Source: an uncultured delta proteobacterium (GTDB taxonomy: Bacteria; Desulfobacterota; Binatia; Binatales; Binataceae). From it: a stretch of 64,000 nucleotides of DNA. The position numbers and the translations under genes were made by a program. Below the pieces are notes generated by a model. That model searched no databases and was not told the DNA's origin. It was given only the letters and a program-made list of their open reading frames with translations. The stretch is taken from positions 896,001 through 960,000 of the forward strand of contig CAVRVY010000004.1 in assembly GCA_963724765.1 (NCBI GenBank), written 5' to 3'. Below are positions 1 through 9,821 of this stretch, piece by piece (position 1 is the stretch's first letter; each line of letters starts with the position of its first letter).

Positions 1-358
1 GGAATGACTCCCTGATACCCTCGTTGTGCTCAGCGAAGGAGTCGACGTAACGCTGGACAGTTTGGTTAAGGACCAGCGGGAACGGCACCGCCTTATGGGG
101 ACCGCTGCGGACGTATGGAATACCCTCGGCGAGGGCCACGGCAGCGTCCATATCGGCGGCGTCGCGCGAGGCTGCCGTAGAGGTAGAGGTCTTAGCTGTT
201 GCGGGATGCGGGTACCCGCCAACGGGGGCATTAGCGATCAGGGAAAAGCGATCGCCTGGATTGGATGCGAGGTCACTGGCTGGATTTGACACACAACCGC
301 TAAGGGCTGCGCCCAGCAAACCGACCACCGCTAGCGATGTGACAAGACTCCCCCTCAT
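1..358 (-). CDS. Lipoprotein, probable MltD-like lytic transglycosylase (N-terminal part; runs off the window)
   Basis: Not in the ORF track. Manual translation MRGSLVTSLAVVGLLGAALSGC... shows a lipobox LSGC. The segment PFPLVLNQTVQRYVDSF resembles the stretch preceding the SLT domain in MltD proteins. Confidence 0.55.
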   Translation of the reverse strand, partial: MRGSLVTSLAVVGLLGAALSGCVSNPASDLASNPGDRFSLIANAPVGGYPHPATAKTSTSTAASRDAADMDAAVALAEGIPYVRSGPHKAVPFPLVLNQTVQRYVDSFAEHNEGIRESF

Positions 359-555
359 GAACGAACCGAACTGACCCGGGCCAACCCTACAGACCCGGCA
401 GGGCCACAATCAACCCCTGCGACCGTGGTTTGTCGTTAAAAAAACTAATAACAGAAATCGATTATATTAGCGGCAAAGGTATTTTTCTCCTCCATGACAC
501 CTGTTCTTAGGCCATCGCACGCATTGTGATACCGTGCGATTTGGTCGCCGCTGTC

Positions 556-1743
556 ATGCGCAAGCCCCCCCCAATTCCCACTGGTCTCTGGCAGGAAATC
601 GTCGACAGCCTTAGCGACGCGGTTGTGGTTTTCGACCCCGCTCTCGCTCCAATCGCAATGAACCCGGCGGCCGAAACCCTTTTCGGCGTCTCGCACCTTA
701 ATGAGGCCGCCGTCGGCGCTTTCATGCGCCACAACGAATGGCTGCTGCGGATGGTCGAGACCTGCCTGGGCAGTGGGCAAAACCTGTCAGATGCTGAGGC
801 CAGGCTCAGCTTAGGAACGCGCTTGGCGACAGTCAGCGCCGAGGTCGCGCCACTTCTGACCGCGGGGGGAACGAGCCGAGGCGCGGTGGTGCTGCTGCAT
901 GATCTCGCGCTCCATCGCGGCGCCGCACAGGCGCTCAATATGGCCGAGCCCGATCTCAAGCTGTCGCCGGCGGGGCTCGCACATGAGGTCAAAAATCCGC
1001 TGACCGGAATCAAGGGAGCGGCCGAGTTGCTGGCGGGGCGCCTGCGCGCCGACCCCCGCGCTCAGCAGTATTGCGGGCTCATCCTGGAGGGCGTCAACCG
1101 TATCACGGCGCTGGTCGAGCAGGTTCTGACGGCCAGCGCACCGCAGCGGCTGAGCTTTGGGCCGGTCAATATCCATCGCGTGCTTCACCAGGCGCTCAGG
1201 ATGGCCGGGCTGCATCCGCATCCGCCCGAAGGCATGACGATCGAGCAGCTTTTCGACCCGAGCCTGCCCGAGATCAGCGCCGACGCCGCGGCACTCGAGC
1301 GCACCTTTCTCAACCTGTTGCGCAACGCCGCTGAAGCAATCGGCGCGGCCGGGACGATCCGGCTGCGGACGCGGATGGAGACCGAATTCCGCCTCAGCGC
1401 CGAGGGCCGCCGCCGGCAGTTCCTGCGCGTGGAGGTGAGCGACAGCGGCCGCGGCATGAACTCAGCCGAAATGGCGCAGCTCTTCACGCCGTTCTTCACC
1501 ACCAAGCCGTCGGGCACCGGCCTAGGCCTGGTGCTGAGCCAACGGATCGTCTCGGCTCATGGCGGCAAGCTGTGGGCCGAGGCGGGTGGCGTAAGCCCTG
1601 CGCGAGCGGCACCGGCGATTCATGCGGCCGGTCCGCATCCCGCCCATCCGGCCAACCCCGACGAGCATCGCGCGCGCGGGATGACCTTCAAGGTCACATT
1701 GCCGGTGGGTTCGCGCGATCCGGAACCGTCCGAGGCAGCATAA
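556..1743 (+). CDS. ntrB: PAS-containing sensor histidine kinase, NtrB/GlnL type
   Basis: H-box LAHEVKNPL, N-box NLLRNAAEA, G-boxes DSGRG and GTGLGL, F-box PFFTTK. N-terminal PAS domain. Lies upstream of an NtrC-type regulator. Confidence 0.8.
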   Translation: MRKPPPIPTGLWQEIVDSLSDAVVVFDPALAPIAMNPAAETLFGVSHLNEAAVGAFMRHNEWLLRMVETCLGSGQNLSDAEARLSLGTRLATVSAEVAPLLTAGGTSRGAVVLLHDLALHRGAAQALNMAEPDLKLSPAGLAHEVKNPLTGIKGAAELLAGRLRADPRAQQYCGLILEGVNRITALVEQVLTASAPQRLSFGPVNIHRVLHQALRMAGLHPHPPEGMTIEQLFDPSLPEISADAAALERTFLNLLRNAAEAIGAAGTIRLRTRMETEFRLSAEGRRRQFLRVEVSDSGRGMNSAEMAQLFTPFFTTKPSGTGLGLVLSQRIVSAHGGKLWAEAGGVSPARAAPAIHAAGPHPAHPANPDEHRARGMTFKVTLPVGSRDPEPSEAA

Positions 1744-1835
1744 TAGATGTTCACCTCCGGCGGGCGCATCGCAGGCAAAATCCACGGTTTCGGAGCCGTT
1801 GCCGCGTTTGCCGATACTGTTATCATGGAAGCCCA

Positions 1836-3341
1836 ATGAGTGAGACCGAACAAAATCTCGGCGGCGTGGCCGAGGCGCGCGCTATTCGTGCGCTGATTGC
1901 CGATGACGACCCGGCTATCCGTCTCGTCGTGCGTCATCGGCTGGAGGCCGAGGGATGGCGCGTCGAGGAGGCGGCCGATAGCGGCGCCGCCCTCCAGGCG
2001 CTGGGCAGCGGGCGGTTCGACGTCGCGCTGGTTGACATCATCATGCCCGGCGTGGGCGGCCTCGAAGTGCTCACGGCCGCGCGCGAGCAGGGATGCGCGA
2101 CGCCAATCGTCGTAATCACCGCGGCCAGCACGATGAACAACGCTATCGAGGCGCTCAAGCGCGGCGCTCGCGACTACCTCACCAAGCCGTTCGAAAACCT
2201 CGACCTGGTGCTGACGACCGCGGCGCGCGCGGCGGAGACGGCGGCGCAGGCATCCGAACTGGAAAGAGTCAAGAAAGAACTCGACCGCAAGCTGATCGGC
2301 GGTGAGATCATCGGCCATAGCGCGGCCATCCAGGAGGTCTACAAGCTCATCGGGCGGGTGGTCAGCAACGACAAGATCGACGTAGTGCTGGTCAGCGGCG
2401 AGAGCGGCACCGGCAAGGAACTGGTGGCGCACAAGATCCATAGCGAGTCGCGCCTCCGCGAGCCCTTCATCCCGGTCAACTGCTCGGCCATCCCGCACGG
2501 CCTGGTCGAGAGCGAGTTGTTCGGTCACGAGCGCGGCGCGTTCACCGGCGCGGCCGAGCGGCGCGCGGGCAAGTTCGAGGCGGCGGGCGAAGGCACGCTG
2601 TTCCTCGACGAGATCGGCGATCTGCCGCTGGAGCTGCAGCCCAAGCTGTTGCGCGCACTCCAGGAGCGCGAGTTCACCCGGATCGGCGGCTTCGAGACCC
2701 AGCGCCTGCAAGCCCGCATCATCGCGGCCACCAACCAGGACCTCGAAACGGCGGTCGCCGCGCGCCGTTTCCGCGAGGATCTTTACTTCCGCCTGCGCGT
2801 CATCCTGATCAACCTGCCGCCGCTCCGCCAGCGCCGCGAGGACATCCCCGAGTTGACCGACTACTTCGTCGCCAGGGCGGTCCGCGATATGGGATCGCTT
2901 GTAACCGCGGTTAGCCCCGAGGCGCGCGCGAAATTGCGAGCCTACGACTGGCCCGGCAACGTGCGCGAGCTGGAGAACACGATGCTGCGCGCCGCGCTGC
3001 TCGTCTCGGGCAACACCATCCGCGCCGACGACATCTCGCTTGTGCGAAGCCCCTCGATGGCCGCCGCCGTTTCCGAAACTGAGAGCGACGCTGCCGACTC
3101 CTTCGCCGCGCTCATCGGACGCCGCGTGGCCCAGTACCTCGAGAAAGCCAATGGCGAGGAGCCGCGCGGGCTTTACCAGAAGCTGGTCGCCGAGATCGAA
3201 CGTCCGCTCATCGAGCAGGCGATGCGCCGGGCCGACGGCAACCAGGTGCGCGCCGCGCGCATCCTGGGGCTCAACCGCAATACGCTGCGCAAGAAGCTCG
3301 TCGATCTCGGAATCGCAACCCGCAAGCTGCCGTTCGATTAG
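1836..3341 (+). CDS. ntrC: Sigma54-dependent response regulator, NtrC/GlnG type
   Basis: REC domain (DDD, DIIMPG), Walker [25 protein letters not shown], and a Fis-type [22 protein letters not shown] typical of NtrC. Confidence 0.85.
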   Translation: MSETEQNLGGVAEARAIRALIADDDPAIRLVVRHRLEAEGWRVEEAADSGAALQALGSGRFDVALVDIIMPGVGGLEVLTAAREQGCATPIVVITAASTMNNAIEALKRGARDYLTKPFENLDLVLTTAARAAETAAQASELERVKKELDRKLIGGEIIGHSAAIQEVYKLIGRVVSNDKIDVVLVSGESGTGKELVAHKIHSESRLREPFIPVNCSAIPHGLVESELFGHERGAFTGAAERRAGKFEAAGEGTLFLDEIGDLPLELQPKLLRALQEREFTRIGGFETQRLQARIIAATNQDLETAVAARRFREDLYFRLRVILINLPPLRQRREDIPELTDYFVARAVRDMGSLVTAVSPEARAKLRAYDWPGNVRELENTMLRAALLVSGNTIRADDISLVRSPSMAAAVSETESDAADSFAALIGRRVAQYLEKANGEEPRGLYQKLVAEIERPLIEQAMRRADGNQVRAARILGLNRNTLRKKLVDLGIATRKLPFD

Positions 3342-3362
3342 CCGCACGCGCCGCGGCTCGCG

Positions 3363-3980
3363 ATGAAGCTTCCCTCGCACTTCTATGCGATGGTCGATCC
3401 GGCGGGCGGCCACGAACCGACTGCGCTCGCGCGCATCCTGCTCGACGCCGGCGCGCGGATAATGCAGCTTCGGCTCAAAAGCGCGCCGGGCCGCGAACTG
3501 CTCGCGGCGGCGCGTGCGATCACCGCGATGTGCCGCGAGCGCGGCGCGATGCTAATCATTGACGACCGCGCGGATATCGCGATGCTGGCCGGGGCCGGCG
3601 GCGTTCATCTCGGGCAGGAGGACCTGCCGCTTAAGGCCGCGCGCCAATTGGTCGGCCGCGAAATGATCATCGGAATCTCCACCCATAACGTCGAACAGGC
3701 GCTCGCCGCCGAGCGCGGGGGCGCCGACTACATCGGATTCGGCCCGCTCTATCCGGGCGGGTTACGCAACAACGCGGCGGGCAAGGGACTCGCGAGCTTG
3801 CGCGAGGTGCGCGCGGCGGTGAGCATCCCGATTGTCGCGATCGGCGGCATCACCGAGACCACGATGCCCGAGGCGCTCGCGGCCGGCGCGGACGCCTGCG
3901 CGATCATCACCGACGTGGTTCGCGCAGCTGACATCACCGGCAAAGTCCGCGCGATACTGAGCTTGAATCGTTCGCCTTGA
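3363..3980 (+). CDS. thiE: Thiamine-phosphate synthase
   Basis: Motifs QLRLK, DDRAD, GVHLGQEDL, GISTH, DYIGFGP and VAIGGI. Confidence 0.92.
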   Translation: MKLPSHFYAMVDPAGGHEPTALARILLDAGARIMQLRLKSAPGRELLAAARAITAMCRERGAMLIIDDRADIAMLAGAGGVHLGQEDLPLKAARQLVGREMIIGISTHNVEQALAAERGGADYIGFGPLYPGGLRNNAAGKGLASLREVRAAVSIPIVAIGGITETTMPEALAAGADACAIITDVVRAADITGKVRAILSLNRSP

Positions 3981-4061
3981 ATCGCGCAACCTGAATCATT
4001 CGCCTGAGGTCTTCGGGAAAATTTGGGGAGATCTTCAGGACCTCTTCGGGAGGACTTGTCG

Positions 4062-4817
4062 ATGGGAAAACTGCAGGACAAAGTCGCGCTGATCACCGGC
4101 TCCAGCTCCGGTATCGGACGCGGTGTCGCGATCGCGTTCGCGCGCGAGGGCGCCAAAGTCATCGTCAACTATCCCGATGACTCCGAGACGCAAAACGCCG
4201 CCGGGGTCCGTGCCGAGATCGAACGGATCGGCGTGCAAGCGCTCGACGTGCGCGCCGACGTCTCGGTCGAGCACGAAGCGCAGACGCTGGTTGAAACCGT
4301 GCAGAGGAATTTCGGACGCATCGACGTGCTGGTGAACAACGCCGGCATCGGCAATGTCGCGCGGGTCGAGGCGATGGCGCCGAGCCAATGGGACCGGATG
4401 ATCGCGGTCAACCTGCGCAGCGTGTTTCTGTGCACGCATTTCGTGCTGCCGATCATGTACCGGCAGGATTACGGCAGGATCATCAGCACCGCTTCGCAAC
4501 TCGCCTACAAGGGCAGCGCGGGGCTTGCGCACTATTGCGCGGCCAAGGCCGCGGTCATCGCGTTTACCCGCGCGCTCTCGCACGAGATCGGCACCAGCAA
4601 CATCACCGCCAACTGCGTCGCGCCCGGCGCCACCCAGACCCGGATGGTCGAGGGCCTCGACAAGGATTTGATGGCGTCGCTGCTGGCCTCGATTCCCAAG
4701 CGACGCCTGGCGACGGTGGACGAAATCGTGCCGGCGTACGTGTTCCTGGCCTCGGACGAGGCGCGCCATTTCGTGGGCCAGTGTCTGAGCCCCAACGGCG
4801 GCGACGTGATGCTTTGA
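4062..4817 (+). CDS. SDR-family oxidoreductase (FabG-like)
   Basis: TGSSSGIG, NNAG and catalytic YCAAK; RBS GGAGG upstream. Confidence 0.9.
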   Translation: MGKLQDKVALITGSSSGIGRGVAIAFAREGAKVIVNYPDDSETQNAAGVRAEIERIGVQALDVRADVSVEHEAQTLVETVQRNFGRIDVLVNNAGIGNVARVEAMAPSQWDRMIAVNLRSVFLCTHFVLPIMYRQDYGRIISTASQLAYKGSAGLAHYCAAKAAVIAFTRALSHEIGTSNITANCVAPGATQTRMVEGLDKDLMASLLASIPKRRLATVDEIVPAYVFLASDEARHFVGQCLSPNGGDVML

Positions 4818-4931
4818 GCTTTGCGTGTCGCACAAGGATTTCAGTATCGCGCTCTAGGAATCATGCCGAAGCCTGACGAGATCGTGTGGCATTGGATCGG
4901 CTCGCACGCCGACTACGACAAGCTGATCTGA
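4818..4931 (+). pseudogene. C-terminal remnant of a RelE/ParE-like toxin
   Basis: Manual translation ALRVAQGFQYRALGIMPKPDEIVWHWIGSHADYDKLI*. The YRALG...WxWIGSHADYDKL ending is typical of a RelE/ParE-like toxin group. The N-terminus is missing. Confidence 0.6.
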
Positions 4932-5061
4932 AAGCCGGCGCGCGTTTGACGCAAAATTGACAATGTGAAAAGGATCGCTGGTCGATTCCGATCCGCGCCG
5001 ATCCGCGTGCCACGCAACCTTTGTTTCGGCGTCGAGATTTCCCAGCCCAGGAGGACGTTCC

Positions 5062-5505
5062 ATGAAAGTGCAAACTTTCGCCGGACTGACGGTCGCGCTC
5101 GTCTTCGCATCAATTCCTGTTTGCGCGCACGCACAGGGCGCCGCGGGCACAGTGCCGGGGGCGTCGTCAGCGCCGTCAATGCCGGGCGCACCTTCGATGC
5201 CGGGTTCATCGTCGATGCCCTCGATGCCCGGCGCGCCTTCGATGCCCGGCGGTGCATCGGCAGCACCGGGCATGCCGTCAGTCCCGGGTGCTTCGTCGAT
5301 GCCCTCGATGCCTGGGGCGCCGTCGATGCCCGGCGGGTCATCACTGCCCTCAGTGCCCGGCGCGTCCTCGATGCCGGGGGCACCGTCGATGCCGGGCGCT
5401 GCATCGGCGGCACCGGGCGCGCCGTCAGTGCCGGGTGCTCCTTCGGCGCCCTCAGTGCCGGGCGGGCCGTCGATGCCGGCCGCTCCTTCGGGCGGGGGCT
5501 ACTAG
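5062..5505 (+). CDS. Secreted low-complexity Pro/Ser/Gly/Ala/Met repeat protein
   Basis: RBS AGGAGG; signal peptide ending AHA-Q; mature chain built from PS(M/V)PG(A/G) repeats. Confidence 0.75.
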   Translation: MKVQTFAGLTVALVFASIPVCAHAQGAAGTVPGASSAPSMPGAPSMPGSSSMPSMPGAPSMPGGASAAPGMPSVPGASSMPSMPGAPSMPGGSSLPSVPGASSMPGAPSMPGAASAAPGAPSVPGAPSAPSVPGGPSMPAAPSGGGY

Positions 5506-5586
5506 CGCGGCAGACTTCATAAATATCGGGTAAATTATTCGTAAATATCGCGAAACTATCGCGAGTTACCGCTTGACCAATTCGCG

Positions 5587-6597
5587 TTACGCCAGTGGGG
5601 CGAGGCGATGGCCGATGACCTCGCGCGCCTCGGCCGCTATCCGCCGCACGATCTCGCCCGCTGGCGCGACGTCCTTGACCAGCGCACACGACATCCCGGC
5701 GTAGAACGCGAACTCGTCGAGCTCGCCCTCCAGATACTCAGCCGGCGGCATCACCGTGTATTTCACCAGCGGCGGCATCGCCATCCCGGCGTGCTTGAGC
5801 GTGCCCACCACTTTCCCCTCGCCCGGGCGCTTGCCGCTCTCGGGCCGCCCTGCGCGCTCCCATTCTTCATAGACGGCGGTGCGCAGCACGCGATGCGCCG
5901 CGTCGGGCCATCCCATGTCGTAGAGCTTGGTGTGGACGGTGTCCTCGGCGCGCGCGCTCACGATGCCTTCCTTATAAGAGGGATGGGCGGCCGACTCGCC
6001 CGACGCCAACAAACGCGTACCGAAAACCGCGCCGTCGGCGCCCAGCGCGAGCACCGCCGCGAGCCCGCGGCCGTCGGCCAGACCGCCCGCCGCGAGCATC
6101 GGCAGGTCGCCGATCGCGTCGCGTACCTGGGGCACCAGCACCAGCGTCGAGACGAGGCCGCGCACGTGTCCGCCGGCCTCGACGCCCTGCGCGATAATCA
6201 TGTCGGCGCCAGCGCTCTTGGCGGCGGCCGCCTCTTCAGCCGAGCCGCACTGCCAGATGACCTTCTTGCCAGCGTTCTTGAAGCGCGCGACGTGCTCGAC
6301 GGGAACGCCCCAAAAGAGCGTCACCGCATCGACCGGCGCCGCGGCGGCGGCCTCGGCCACGCCCGGCTGAAGAAACGGAATCAGCAGGTTGCAGGCGAGT
6401 GGCTTTCCGGTCAGCCGGCGGGCGGCGGCGATCTCGTTATGGATTCCCTCGGGAGTGAATCCGGCCAGCGCCACCGTGCCCATCCCGCCAGCCTCGGAGA
6501 CCGCGGCGGCGAGGTCGGCGAGCGCGATCGTACCCATCCCGGCCAGCATGATCGGCAACTCGACGCCGAACAGCTCGCAGAACCTGGTCTTCAGCAT
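5587..6597 (-). CDS. Nitronate monooxygenase/FabK-like flavin oxidoreductase
   Basis: Motifs PIMLAGM, AQGVEAGGH, AAGGLADGRG and GADGAVFGTR. Confidence 0.88.
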   Translation of the reverse strand: MLKTRFCELFGVELPIMLAGMGTIALADLAAAVSEAGGMGTVALAGFTPEGIHNEIAAARRLTGKPLACNLLIPFLQPGVAEAAAAAPVDAVTLFWGVPVEHVARFKNAGKKVIWQCGSAEEAAAAKSAGADMIIAQGVEAGGHVRGLVSTLVLVPQVRDAIGDLPMLAAGGLADGRGLAAVLALGADGAVFGTRLLASGESAAHPSYKEGIVSARAEDTVHTKLYDMGWPDAAHRVLRTAVYEEWERAGRPESGKRPGEGKVVGTLKHAGMAMPPLVKYTVMPPAEYLEGELDEFAFYAGMSCALVKDVAPAGEIVRRIAAEAREVIGHRLAPLA

Positions 6598-6666
6598 GTC
6601 ACGCGAACCTCCCCATCGAGCCTGCCCTTTGAGAGCAGTCCCGCTCTCGCGTGGAGAGCGTCCCGC

Positions 6667-7176
6667 CTAGCGCAGTCCCGGCGGCAGGGCCACGGATTTC
6701 GGCCCCGACGGTGAAGGATTCAGCCATGGGTCAAACGGCTCTCCGGAAGACGGAGGGGCATCCCCGGCCGCTGGCGCGGAAGTGTTGGCCGTTTGCCCGG
6801 CCGTGGGAGCGGACGAGTCCTCGCCGGCGGGCGTCCCCGCCTCAGCATCATCGCCAGTCGCCTGCTCATCGGTCGGGGCGCCGGGGTCGTCAGGGTTGAT
6901 GGGGTTCTTGATGATGCGGACTGGAAAGCCGTTCAGCTCATGCGGCAGCTGGCGCATCTGGTCCGTGACAACGTCCGCATGAAGTTCTATCTCGGGCGCA
7001 CCGCCGGGCGGCTCTCCAACACTGACATCGGTGACCCCGGGAATCGAGGACAGCCAATCCGCGTAGTAATCCTTCACCTTGGCGACCTCCCCGAGGTCGC
7101 TCTGCGCAAGCGCGCTCGTACACACGCATAGCGCCGCCACGAACAACATCAAAGTGACTATCTTCAGTACACGCAT
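6667..7176 (-). CDS. Secreted hypothetical protein with acidic Pro-rich tail
   Basis: Signal peptide (ALA-Q), RBS GAGG, a small domain SIPGVTDVSVG...LPHELNGFPVRII, then a disordered tail. Confidence 0.65.
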   Translation of the reverse strand: MRVLKIVTLMLFVAALCVCTSALAQSDLGEVAKVKDYYADWLSSIPGVTDVSVGEPPGGAPEIELHADVVTDQMRQLPHELNGFPVRIIKNPINPDDPGAPTDEQATGDDAEAGTPAGEDSSAPTAGQTANTSAPAAGDAPPSSGEPFDPWLNPSPSGPKSVALPPGLR

Positions 7177-7346
7177 GATCTAAAACCTCACGAGCGTACC
7201 CCCCGCCGCGCTACGGCACGGCAATTCGCCGGTCGCCGCTTCTTAACATTGTGCGACTTTACGGCGGCGGGCGATAGTCCCGCCGCACGCGCGTCCGATT
7301 CAAACGCCTCTTTGCTCCAATGCCCTTGCTCTAACGCCCTTTGCCT

Positions 7347-8174
7347 CTAGCGTCCTTTGAACGTGGGCTGGCGCTTTTCCATGAACGCTTTGACCGCGTC
7401 CTTGTGATCTTCGGTGCGTCCAGTGAGCGTCTGGCCGACCGCTTCGCGATCGAGCAGCGTCCGAAGATCGGCGGTGAGCGCGGCGTTGATGTTGGCCTTC
7501 ATGTAGCCGTAAGCAATCGCCGGCCCCGAGGCGATTCGTTTCGCCAGCGCGCCGGCCTCGGCCATCAGAGACGCCGCCGGCACCACGCGGTTTACCAGCC
7601 CCAGCGCGAGCGCCTGGTTGGCCTCGATCGGATCGGCAAGAAAATAGAATTCCTTGGCGCGTGCCGGTCCGACCAGCCGCGTCATCAGCCAGGTGCCGCC
7701 GAAGTCGCCGGAAAATCCCACACGTGCGAAGGCGGTGACGAGCCGCGCCGAGTCGGCGGCAATCCGCAGGTCGCAAGCGAGCGCGATACCGAGGCCGGCG
7801 CCAGCCGCCGCTCCATTGATCGCCGCGATCGTCGGTTTGGGCAGTTCGTGGAGCAAGAGGCTCACGTCCTCGGCGCGGCGCAGCCCCGCTATCCGCTGCT
7901 CGACGGTCTGCTCGCCAGTCTTGCCGGAGCCGCCGCCCTCGTTGCGATCGCGCATCCGGCTCACGTCGCCACCCGAGCAGAAGCCGCGGCCTGCGCCGCT
8001 CAGCACGACGCATCGCACCTCGGTGTCGTGCGCCGCGCGGCTGAGCTGTTCGAGCAACCCGGCGATCATCTGATCGCTCAGCGCATTGAGCTTGTCGGGC
8101 TGATTGAGGGTCAGGTTGAGCACGCCGTCATGGCGCTCAGCGATCAGATGTTCGGTAGTCTGTTCGGGACTCAT
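7347..8174 (-). CDS. Enoyl-CoA hydratase/isomerase family protein
   Basis: LNQPDKLNAL, FCSGGD, IAAINGAAAGAG and C-terminal AFMEKRQPTFKG. Start chosen by GGAGG spacing. Confidence 0.92.
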   Translation of the reverse strand: MSPEQTTEHLIAERHDGVLNLTLNQPDKLNALSDQMIAGLLEQLSRAAHDTEVRCVVLSGAGRGFCSGGDVSRMRDRNEGGGSGKTGEQTVEQRIAGLRRAEDVSLLLHELPKPTIAAINGAAAGAGLGIALACDLRIAADSARLVTAFARVGFSGDFGGTWLMTRLVGPARAKEFYFLADPIEANQALALGLVNRVVPAASLMAEAGALAKRIASGPAIAYGYMKANINAALTADLRTLLDREAVGQTLTGRTEDHKDAVKAFMEKRQPTFKGR

Positions 8175-8264
8175 CGGGGGCATCCTCCAAAAAAAATTTG
8201 CACAGAGGTCTGCTCGACCGGCCATGCGCCGCGCGCGGCGCGCAACGATCGTTCAGTTCTCGTA

Positions 8265-9137
8265 TTACTTCAGGCGGGCCAGGCGGTCGAGCGCGGCCGC
8301 GACCGCCTGCGTCCCGTCGAGGTCATGGCCGAGCGCGGCCGCCGCATTGAACATCGATTGCATCAGCGCGAGGCCCGGTAGCGCGAGGCCGCTCTCGCGC
8401 GCGGCGTCGCCGACCAGGCGCAGGTCCTTGCGGATGAGCTTGATGAAAAAGCCAGGGCGCCAATCGTGCGCGATTATCTTGGGACCCAGGTTGGCGAGTT
8501 GCCATGAGCCGGCCGCGCCCGCGCCGATCGCCTCGAGCACACGCGCGCGGTCCAAACCACCGCTCTCGGCCAACGCCAGCGCTTCGGCCGCCGCCTCGAG
8601 CGCCAACGCAACCGCGATCTGATTGGCGAGCTTGGTCATCTGGCCCGCGCCCGGCGGCCCCATGTGGGTGACGCGCCGGCCGAGCTTCTCGAACAATGGG
8701 ATCGCGCTCTTGTAGGCCGGCTCGGCGCCGCCCACCATGATCGTGAGCGTGCCTTCGATAGCGCCGCCTTCGCCGCCTGAGACGGGAGCGTCGAGGTAAG
8801 CGACGCCGGCCTTCGCCAGGCGCTCCGCGATCGCGCGCTCGGCGGCCGGCGCGACGGTGCTCATGTCGATCACCAGTTGGCCCTTGTGCAGTGCCGGTTC
8901 GATTCGCGCCACGACGCTTTCGACGTCGGGCGTGTCAGGCACCATGATGAAGACCGCGTCGGCGCCACCGGCCGCCGCGGCCGGGTCAGCCGCGACAGTG
9001 ATTTCGGATCCTTCGGCGGCGAGGGCCACGGCTCTTTTGGCCGTTCGGTTATGCAGACGCAGGCGATGCCCCGCGCGCATCAGGTTGCGCGCCATCGGCG
9101 CACCCATGATCCCGGTTCCAATCCACGCGATTTCCAT
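8265..9137 (-). CDS. NAD(P)-dependent beta-hydroxyacid dehydrogenase (GarR/MmsB family)
   Basis: Motifs IGTGIMGAPMARNL, DAPVSGG and GAGQMTKLANQ. Confidence 0.9.
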   Translation of the reverse strand: MEIAWIGTGIMGAPMARNLMRAGHRLRLHNRTAKRAVALAAEGSEITVAADPAAAAGGADAVFIMVPDTPDVESVVARIEPALHKGQLVIDMSTVAPAAERAIAERLAKAGVAYLDAPVSGGEGGAIEGTLTIMVGGAEPAYKSAIPLFEKLGRRVTHMGPPGAGQMTKLANQIAVALALEAAAEALALAESGGLDRARVLEAIGAGAAGSWQLANLGPKIIAHDWRPGFFIKLIRKDLRLVGDAARESGLALPGLALMQSMFNAAAALGHDLDGTQAVAAALDRLARLK

Positions 9138-9170
9138 CGATGTCGACTCCCTTCCTGGCAACGCAAGATG

Positions 9171-9653
9171 CTAGGCCGCCTTCGAGATCGGACCGCTCTT
9201 GCGCCAGGAAAATCCGCCGGGCGCAATCGCGCTCATCGCGGCCACCGGCACCCAGAGGGTGAAGATGACGCCGAGCGCGATCGAGTGCCACAACCAGAAA
9301 AGCCCATACAGAAGGAAGGCGGCGGTGAGGATCAGATGGAGCGTCACGCGCGCGTCGCTCACGCCCGGCAGCCTGGGCGCGAAGAGCTTCGAAACGAGCA
9401 CCGCCTGCCCGCCGCAATGCCAGGTCGCGTAATGCCGGCATCGGCGGCACATCGCGAGACTCATATCGAGCCAGTTGACCGCAAACAGCCCGGCGAGAAC
9501 GAAGAACGGCACCGCGCCGCCGCCCAGCGCCGCCTCGCGCAGCGCGAGCAGCGTGAAGAGGACGCAGCCGCCCACTGCGACCAGCCGATAGAATTGGCGC
9601 GTTTGGGCGAAGTAGATGAACGGTTCGAAAGGACCGGGGTTTACTCTGGACAT
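9171..9653 (-). CDS. Hypothetical membrane protein with a Cys cluster
   Basis: About four hydrophobic segments; loop CRRCRHYATWHC. Start is uncertain. Confidence 0.6.
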   Translation of the reverse strand: MSRVNPGPFEPFIYFAQTRQFYRLVAVGGCVLFTLLALREAALGGGAVPFFVLAGLFAVNWLDMSLAMCRRCRHYATWHCGGQAVLVSKLFAPRLPGVSDARVTLHLILTAAFLLYGLFWLWHSIALGVIFTLWVPVAAMSAIAPGGFSWRKSGPISKAA

Positions 9654-9761
9654 GGTGAGTGACCGCGCGAGGCTTAATCTACTCGACGGCGCAGCGTGCG
9701 CAAAGCGCGCGCGCGTCACTGGCATGAGCGCCGACATCAAAGGCGCGCGCGACGGATGATG

Positions 9762-9797
9762 AAAAAAAGGGCCGGACGCTCCGAGCGTCCGGCCCTT
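9762..9797 (-). terminator. Rho-independent terminator of hppA
   Basis: Perfect stem AAGGGCCGGACGCT-ccg-AGCGTCCGGCCCTT with a T-run on the minus strand, about 25 bp after the hppA stop. Confidence 0.85.
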
Positions 9798-9821
9798 GGT
9801 ATTGCGCAATAGCCGCGGAGA

